Virus record (IMG/VR): IMGVR_UViG_3300032236_000815
Span: 24,585 to 88,584 of that record
Direction: 5' to 3' (one strand)
Origin: a virus
Length of the DNA stretch: 64,000 nt
In this document: one piece after another, positions 58,896 to 64,000 of the stretch
Numbering within the stretch: the stretch's first letter is position 1
Layout: each line of letters starts with the position of its first letter
Program-made: the position numbers and the translations under genes
The notes under the pieces: generated by a model
What the model saw: the letters and a program-made list of their open reading frames with translations, nothing else
Told to the model about the DNA's origin: nothing
Database searches by the model: none

Positions 58896-59474
58896 TTATC
58901 TAAATATCTTGGCAGGTTTAAGCCCTAGTTGCGGCCTACCGTCCCATGCTAGATTGCTATTAGCGCCTGCTTGATCCACATAGTGTAAGAACACTTGTAC
59001 TTGTTCCCTACCTTGATATGGTTCACGCCAGTGTTCAATCTCAGGCCCAGGATACACGCACATATCTCCAGGATATAACAGTACAGGTTCTCCCGCCATG
59101 TAGATTGCCCACGGTTCAGGATCTATACTAATGTTAAGTGTAGCTGATATTTCACAGCTGGGACGATCCTTGTGCCGAACCATCTCCGCACCATGCCAAT
59201 AGATTCGGGCATAACTGTAAGTGGGCACAACATCTAATCCGCTAGCTTCGGCCACTTGATCTCTTAACACAGTTAATAAACTTTCAGTGACCACAGGAGC
59301 ATAACAACTCCAACAGTTAAACTCAACAGGGTCCAATCCACTAAAATAACTACGATCCGTCAAGGGCACGTTATTGGTAAAATACTGATTGTTCTTCATC
59401 ATTTGCAAACTGGTGTGAACCAAGTCTAGCACAGGTTGGGCAACAGCGCCCCGTATGATCTTATAAGTTTCCAT
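58896..59474 (-). CDS. 2OG-Fe(II) oxygenase-like protein
   Basis: PTYSYARIY, HKDRPSCEIS, HWRE, QVFLHYV. Confidence 0.82.
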   Translation of the reverse strand: METYKIIRGAVAQPVLDLVHTSLQMMKNNQYFTNNVPLTDRSYFSGLDPVEFNCWSCYAPVVTESLLTVLRDQVAEASGLDVVPTYSYARIYWHGAEMVRHKDRPSCEISATLNISIDPEPWAIYMAGEPVLLYPGDMCVYPGPEIEHWREPYQGREQVQVFLHYVDQAGANSNLAWDGRPQLGLKPAKIFR

Positions 59475-59502
59475 ATGATATTTAACATGCGATAAATACT
59501 CA

Positions 59503-60219
59503 ATGCGATTATTTGAATTTGCCCCACAAACTACAGCTCAACCTACACCACCATTAGCAACTACTCCTTTGGGTAGTGTACTGGAACGTACAGCCAAGGC
59601 AGCTGGTATTGTTGGAGTGGAACTAGCACAGTTATTGGGCCAATGCCACGTTGAGACCATAGGTTATCAGACACTTAAAGAACTGCCCAACAAATGGCAA
59701 CAGCACTACGAACCACCTTCAAAGACAGCCACTATGCTGGGCAACACACAGCCCGGAGATGGACCTAAGTTTATTGGGCGCGGATTCATACAAGTTACTG
59801 GCAGATACAACTATGATCAGTTTGCCCAGAACTCGGGTATTGACGTAGTTAACCATCCAGAGCTATTAGAAAAGCCAGACACAGCGGCCAAAGCTACTGT
59901 GGACTTTTGGCTAAATCGTGTACGTCCTTTGGTCAAAGATTTTACTCGAACAGACTCAGTGACCAAGATCATTAACCACGCTAAGAAGCATGCCGCGGAA
60001 CGTAAGACAGCATTTAAGCAGTATGCTAGTGCATTACCTACTCCACCTAAAACTCAACCCGCTACACAGCTAGCACAAGCCAAAAAGCCCCAACTACAAG
60101 CAGGTAGTCCAGTGAATACTACCAAGCCTAAACCACAAACAAAACCCGCGGCTCCCAAACCTGCAACACCTCCACCTAAAGCAGACTTGGGCCAATTTAT
60201 CAAGCAGAAAGGTTTCTAA
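59503..60219 (+). CDS. Glycoside hydrolase family 19 lysin/chitinase-like
   Basis: HVET, LGN..PGDG.KF.GRGFIQVTGR.NY, VTK.IN. Confidence 0.9.
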   Translation: MRLFEFAPQTTAQPTPPLATTPLGSVLERTAKAAGIVGVELAQLLGQCHVETIGYQTLKELPNKWQQHYEPPSKTATMLGNTQPGDGPKFIGRGFIQVTGRYNYDQFAQNSGIDVVNHPELLEKPDTAAKATVDFWLNRVRPLVKDFTRTDSVTKIINHAKKHAAERKTAFKQYASALPTPPKTQPATQLAQAKKPQLQAGSPVNTTKPKPQTKPAAPKPATPPPKADLGQFIKQKGF

Positions 60220-60247
60220 ACTATAAGTATATGACGGAGAACAAGTC

Positions 60248-60667
60248 ATGTACGATACCCACGCTAGAACAATAGTTAAAGCAGTAACATTTAGAATTCA
60301 AACCATTGCCCTACACTGGGTAATTACCTACTTGTTTACAGGTAGTGCTTCAAAGAGCACCACAATGGTGTTTACCATCACTACAATCAACATGATCTAC
60401 TACTGGCTACAAGAACGCTGGTTTGCCCGCATAAGTTATGGTTGGGCAGGTACAGATCTCAAACGCCGCAGTCTAGTTAAAGCAGTCTTATACAAGACAT
60501 GGAGTCTAGCTGTAAGTCTAATAGTGGGCTATATAGTACTGGGCAACATGGGCGATGCCGGCTTGTTAACTGTGATTAAACAGACTATTGCCCTAGCTGA
60601 CTTCTACGTATTTGAACGTGTTTGGAATAAGATTACGTGGGGAAGAACAAGCGAAGCTCAAAGCTAA
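60248..60667 (+). CDS. Tandem DUF2061-like membrane protein
   Basis: Two copies of R...KA..(F/Y)....ER.W..I.(Y/W)G. Confidence 0.75.
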   Translation: MYDTHARTIVKAVTFRIQTIALHWVITYLFTGSASKSTTMVFTITTINMIYYWLQERWFARISYGWAGTDLKRRSLVKAVLYKTWSLAVSLIVGYIVLGNMGDAGLLTVIKQTIALADFYVFERVWNKITWGRTSEAQS

Positions 60668-60734
60668 ATTTTTAGTTAGCGAAGCTCGGAAAAAAATTCC
60701 TATAGCTACGAAGTAGCAAGCGGTAAAACGCGAA

Positions 60735-60956
60735 CTAGCGTTCCCGCTCATTAGCCCTTTTGCATATACCTTTAATCAAACGGTGTCTCTCACTAGAATC
60801 CACCCTAGACTCACTTATACGCTCAATATCCTCTATGGCTGTTTCCAAGATCTCTATACGATTCAGAGCCGTGTAATAGCGATCTCTCAAAGTGGACGCT
60901 TGAAAGATGCTGACTAATCCTGCGATTAGTTTGGTTAACCATATGTGTGTATTCAC
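60735..60956 (-). CDS. Hypothetical protein
   Basis: 73 aa, coupled to upstream gene. Confidence 0.5.
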   Translation of the reverse strand: MNTHIWLTKLIAGLVSIFQASTLRDRYYTALNRIEILETAIEDIERISESRVDSSERHRLIKGICKRANERER

Positions 60957-61174
60957 TAGCGTTTATAGTAGTAAGCTATGGATGCTATTAGCGTAGATAA
61001 CACTAGAGCAGTATTCAAGTCTAATTCACCAGTTAATCTTCCTAGTATAACAATCATTAGTACTAGTGTAATAAATGGTAAAAAGCATAAGAAGATCAGC
61101 TTAGACAATCCAATTAAGAAAAATCCTAATTTTTGTCCGAAAGCATAACCTTTAGTTTCTTGCATGGTAGTCAT
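60956..61174 (-). CDS. Small membrane protein (start reassigned to ATG 61174)
   Basis: AGGA RBS; two hydrophobic segments. Confidence 0.55.
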   Translation of the reverse strand: MTTMQETKGYAFGQKLGFFLIGLSKLIFLCFLPFITLVLMIVILGRLTGELDLNTALVLSTLIASIAYYYKR

Positions 61175-61218
61175 AAAATGGGTCCTGTAAACTTTAAAAA
61201 ATCTAGCGCAAAAAAATT

Positions 61219-61440
61219 TTACGAAGTACTTATGGGTAAGCCCGTGGCTAAATCTAACCCTGGATCTACTAGTGGGCATGAGTCTCCGTATAGTAAGTAA
61301 AACTCTGTGAATATTCTTCCGTCTGGCACCCAAAAGCGTATACGATTAATGTGTATTTCACAAGCTAAGTTATGGTGTTTAATAAAGGCGAGCACATCCT
61401 TGTATATGGGATTACGGGTTAAAACATAGTATTGACGCAT
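61219..61440 (-). CDS. Hypothetical protein (MRQYYVL...)
   Basis: ATG 2 nt after the upstream small ORF stop. Confidence 0.55.
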   Translation of the reverse strand: MRQYYVLTRNPIYKDVLAFIKHHNLACEIHINRIRFWVPDGRIFTEFYLLYGDSCPLVDPGLDLATGLPISTS

Positions 61441-61442
61441 GG

Positions 61443-61550
61443 TTAGTCTAGTTTGAGTATACGCTGTAGCCAGTAGCCAAATGCATGTATAGGCGGGATT
61501 ACCAATACTGTACACACTATGGTTAAGAGAATCCAAAGAAAGTTGTTCAT
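61443..61550 (-). CDS. Small membrane peptide (35 aa; not in ORF track)
   Basis: MNNFLWILLTIVCTVLVIPPIHAFGYWLQRILKLD; TAAGTA box 4 nt upstream. Confidence 0.5.
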   Translation of the reverse strand: MNNFLWILLTIVCTVLVIPPIHAFGYWLQRILKLD

Positions 61551-61788
61551 ACAGTACTTATAGTAGGGGGCCGAAACATCAGCCCAAATAGGTTCTTGCA
61601 GACCTATTTAGATTGCTCGCGAAAAAATTAAAAGAAGTACTTATAGATTTAGAGGGGTGAAAATACTTCGGTACCCATGCGCTATAGCTAGTTGTTGCTA
61701 TTTTACAACACTTACGCCTGGTGCCCCCTGGTACTCGGTCGGTGGTCGAAATAATTCTTTTTGAAATATATTTTTCGATTTTGAAATC

Positions 61789-61934
61789 AAAAAAAATCCT
61801 AGGAACTTGCCGGGAGCGAATCGGGCTTATGGGTTCCTAGGACCTAACTACCAGACAACCTAGTGGGAGCGAATCACGTCAGCTGTCCTACTACTAGCTA
61901 GGGCTTATGGGTTATAGCTTATGTGCCCTAGCTA
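61789..61934 (-). ncRNA. Putative structured antisense-type RNA: three hairpins, two identical AUUCGCUCC loops, ending in a U8 terminator
   Basis: Stems 61895-61904/61925-61934, 61854-61859/61882-61887, 61797-61806/61833-61842; G-U pair and U-tract favour the minus strand. Confidence 0.65.
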
Positions 61935-61946
61935 TGCTGTAGCCTG

Positions 61947-62837
61947 TTAGCGGCTACGCATACATGTTACCTCTACTACACTCTGCCACTTGTTAGGCAT
62001 GCTCACACGGATGTCAGCTACCTTGAGTACCATACGCAAGCTGAGCTCGCGCATACGTTCAGCATTGGCTACAATGAACTCTACCACTTCCTGCTTCTCT
62101 GCGTCCTCTAGCTTGTATGCGTCCAACATACCACAGTCACGGACTACCTGCTTGATACGCAATAGCTTCTCACGTGTAGTATCAATAGTCAAGTCCAAGT
62201 AGTGGCAACGTGACTCCAGTGCTTCCAAATGATCACGCAACTTCTTTGACTTAACATGATCAAACTTGATGTTACTGATAAAGATAGCACCACCTTTGAA
62301 CTCAAAGCTGTTGGGCATGCCTTCTTGCTTGAGTGAGCGGCTGTCCGTATTCCAATGGATCATACGCTTCTTGCCTGAGTCCAAAGCTGCCTTTAGAATG
62401 TTCAAGGATAGGTCATCCAACAATACGCTATCACAGTCATCGAACACTAGGATACACTTAGGATCAGCAAACTCGTAGAGCTTCTTGTACAAACCAATGG
62501 CACTCATTGCGCCCTTAACCACTTCATACTTCTTGAGCTTGGAGTCCTGCGCTACATTAGCGAACACATCATGCTTGCTCAAGACTTTCTCAACACCAAA
62601 GCTCTTACCAACACCCGGGGGTCCTGTGACAATCATAGCACGTACATCACCCTTCTTAACCGCACGAGTCATGTCTTCCAAGATGTCAAAACGTTGGCCC
62701 AACCGTGCCATAATCTCGTCATCTGTTTCCTGTTTGAGTTGAGCTTCTTTGGCCTTCAAATAGTCCTTGTCTGTTTCCAAACTAGTGACTTCTGCTTTGG
62801 CATTTAGCAACATCGCGCTCGTTACAACCTTACCCAT
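61947..62837 (-). CDS. AAA+/P-loop ATPase (early gene)
   Basis: GPPGVGKS, LVFDDCD, FISN, ALESR. Confidence 0.85.
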   Translation of the reverse strand: MGKVVTSAMLLNAKAEVTSLETDKDYLKAKEAQLKQETDDEIMARLGQRFDILEDMTRAVKKGDVRAMIVTGPPGVGKSFGVEKVLSKHDVFANVAQDSKLKKYEVVKGAMSAIGLYKKLYEFADPKCILVFDDCDSVLLDDLSLNILKAALDSGKKRMIHWNTDSRSLKQEGMPNSFEFKGGAIFISNIKFDHVKSKKLRDHLEALESRCHYLDLTIDTTREKLLRIKQVVRDCGMLDAYKLEDAEKQEVVEFIVANAERMRELSLRMVLKVADIRVSMPNKWQSVVEVTCMRSR

Positions 62838-62859
62838 TTTCGCTCCTTATAAAGTGTTT

Positions 62860-62888
62860 ATTATACTACCTAATGTTCTTACTTGCAA
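62860..62888 (-). promoter_or_regulatory. Early promoter TTGCAA-N17-TATAAT inside a 12-bp inverted repeat
   Basis: Direct reading; arms CCTAATGTTCTT/AAGAACATTAGG. Confidence 0.75.
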
Positions 62889-62941
62889 TGATTAAGAGCA
62901 AGAACATTAGGAGTAGATGAAATAAAGTAAACCAGTTCATA

Positions 62942-63262
62942 TTAGTCTAAACGGCTACCGGCATAAGCGCGGAGTCCAAGTCCTTGTAGATATGTAGCCA
63001 ATGCTTCTGCACCCGCTTCTTTTACTGATACTGACTGAGTTGGGAGTTTTGCTGGATCCCAGAAGCTAAGGCATTTTGGTTTGTAGTCTTTGCGAAAGCC
63101 TGCCTTGATCAGCTCTTTTGCTTGAGCTGAGTTAGTACGGTCCACGTATACATCAACCCAACCAAAGCCACATGCGTCACGCTCGCCTACTCGTTGATAC
63201 ATTTCGATGCCTGCTTGGCGAGCAAGTTCAAAGCCTGGAAGTACTTGTTCTGCTGTAATCAT
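62942..63262 (-). CDS. Hypothetical early protein
   Basis: CGFGWV...QS...KE.GA.A....L...G.RA...SRLD; GGAGCGA RBS. Confidence 0.7.
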   Translation of the reverse strand: MITAEQVLPGFELARQAGIEMYQRVGERDACGFGWVDVYVDRTNSAQAKELIKAGFRKDYKPKCLSFWDPAKLPTQSVSVKEAGAEALATYLQGLGLRAYAGSRLD

Positions 63263-63295
63263 AGTTCGCTCCTATTAATTGCTGTTGAAGTAGTT

Positions 63296-63324
63296 ATTAT
63301 ACTACCAAAGGGTAGGGTTGTCAA
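63296..63324 (-). promoter_or_regulatory. Consensus early promoter TTGACA-N17-TATAAT
   Basis: Direct reading. Confidence 0.88.
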
Positions 63325-63445
63325 TAGCCTTTCGTTTAGAGTGGGCTTTGATGCCTTCCTCTACGAACAGGCTCGCGCCCAGGATGCCTAAGAATGCCCA
63401 CAAAGGCCAAGTGAAGTAAAATGCTTCTAATAGGGTTTGTAACAT
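63302..63445 (-). CDS. Small membrane protein (47 aa; not in ORF track)
   Basis: GGAGCGA RBS; MLQTLLEAFYFTWPLWAFLGILGASLFV... Confidence 0.65.
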   Translation of the reverse strand: MLQTLLEAFYFTWPLWAFLGILGASLFVEEGIKAHSKRKAIDNPTLW

Positions 63446-63472
63446 AGTATCGCTCCTTTGTTATTAGTCTTA

Positions 63473-63501
63473 ATTATAAGCTCAAACTGCCTGGATGTCA
63501 A
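63473..63501 (-). promoter_or_regulatory. Consensus early promoter TTGACA-N17-TATAAT
   Basis: Direct reading. Confidence 0.88.
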
Positions 63502-64000
63502 TCACTTTGCGGACGAATCCAGTGGTATCTTTCTTAGCACGACCCTTAGCCTTCAAGCCTGCAATCACGTTCTTCTTGTCCAAAAAGCGCAAGTCAGTTT
63601 CGTCAGCATTAATAACTTCACGACCCATATATGTCTCTGGGAGCCGATCAAACACCATTGCCACATTCATGCCTTGTGCAATCGCTCGGGCTACATCACT
63701 ATCGTTGCCGTCTGCGGCACTGAATGTAAGGTGGTAGTTAGGCAAGTGGCTAACCTTACGACCCAAGACCTTAGTGTAGTCGTAGAACTGTACTTGAGGG
63801 AACTTTTCAAAAATGCCTGTCTTTTCAAACGCCAAGTCACTAGTACCATTGAGGCGGAACACTGGAGTCAAACCCAGCTTCGTTGCCATCTTAATACCTT
63901 TCACAATGTCTGCTTCTAAGTCTGCCATGAACGCATCTTTGTTTTCAAAGAAGTACTTGGTCTTGCGGATGCGAGCCTGCTGAATCATGTTGGTGTTCTC
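63482..64000 (-). CDS. Phage Gp88-like protein, 5'-truncated
   Basis: RLNGTSD, FYDYTK, NYHLTFS, D..DLRFLD, GLKAKG.A; frame open to window edge. Confidence 0.75.
   Translation of the reverse strand, partial: ENTNMIQQARIRKTKYFFENKDAFMADLEADIVKGIKMATKLGLTPVFRLNGTSDLAFEKTGIFEKFPQVQFYDYTKVLGRKVSHLPNYHLTFSAADGNDSDVARAIAQGMNVAMVFDRLPETYMGREVINADETDLRFLDKKNVIAGLKAKGRAKKDTTGFVRKVIDIQAV

Noticed and set aside
61813-61840. Plus-strand mini-ORF GGAG...ATG GGT TCC TAG as a real peptide gene
   Set aside because: Only three codons and no clear plus-strand promoter; better explained as the complement of the anti-RBS element
61560-61946. tRNA gene in the long intergenic region
   Set aside because: No cloverleaf with a T-loop consensus or acceptor stem could be built
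1-64000. Stop-codon reassignment
   Set aside because: Genes are full-length in the standard code and TAA, TAG and TGA all terminate ORFs
1-64000. Many short antisense or out-of-frame ORFs in the supplied track (e.g. 1436..1735, 29919..30488, 57951..58523, 63458..63919)
   Set aside because: They shadow well-supported genes on the other strand or frame and lack RBS or motifs

Overview
A 64 kb segment of a large, AT-rich (standard code) T4-superfamily-like myophage, most likely infecting a Gram-negative host (it encodes an outer-membrane beta-barrel). Order: tail-fibre/baseplate-type genes (1-8.6 kb); an enzyme cluster (U32-methyltransferase fusion, two flavin halogenase-family proteins, three 2OG-Fe(II) oxygenases) followed by a transporter plus porin pair (8.7-16.9 kb); neck, sheath, tube, terminase and putative internal head proteins (17-35.7 kb); a replication/recombination block (gp32, UvsX/Y/W, a 190-aa mini-DnaE, primase, carbamoyltransferase, gp41 helicase; 35.8-51.3 kb); a second fibre locus (51.3-58.9 kb); a GH19 lysin; and the end of a minus-strand early region with consensus sigma70 promoters. 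Most notable: (i) a three-hairpin RNA at the 3' end of the early region whose two identical loops are complementary to the GGAGCGA(A) ribosome-binding site of the neighbouring early genes; (ii) nested (domain-within-domain) repeat architecture in the fibre proteins; (iii) a minimal C-family polymerase core; (iv) the fibre-linked modification/uptake cluster; (v) promoter-to-ATG spacing implying many leaderless mRNAs. All product calls come from motif recognition by eye, not database searches.
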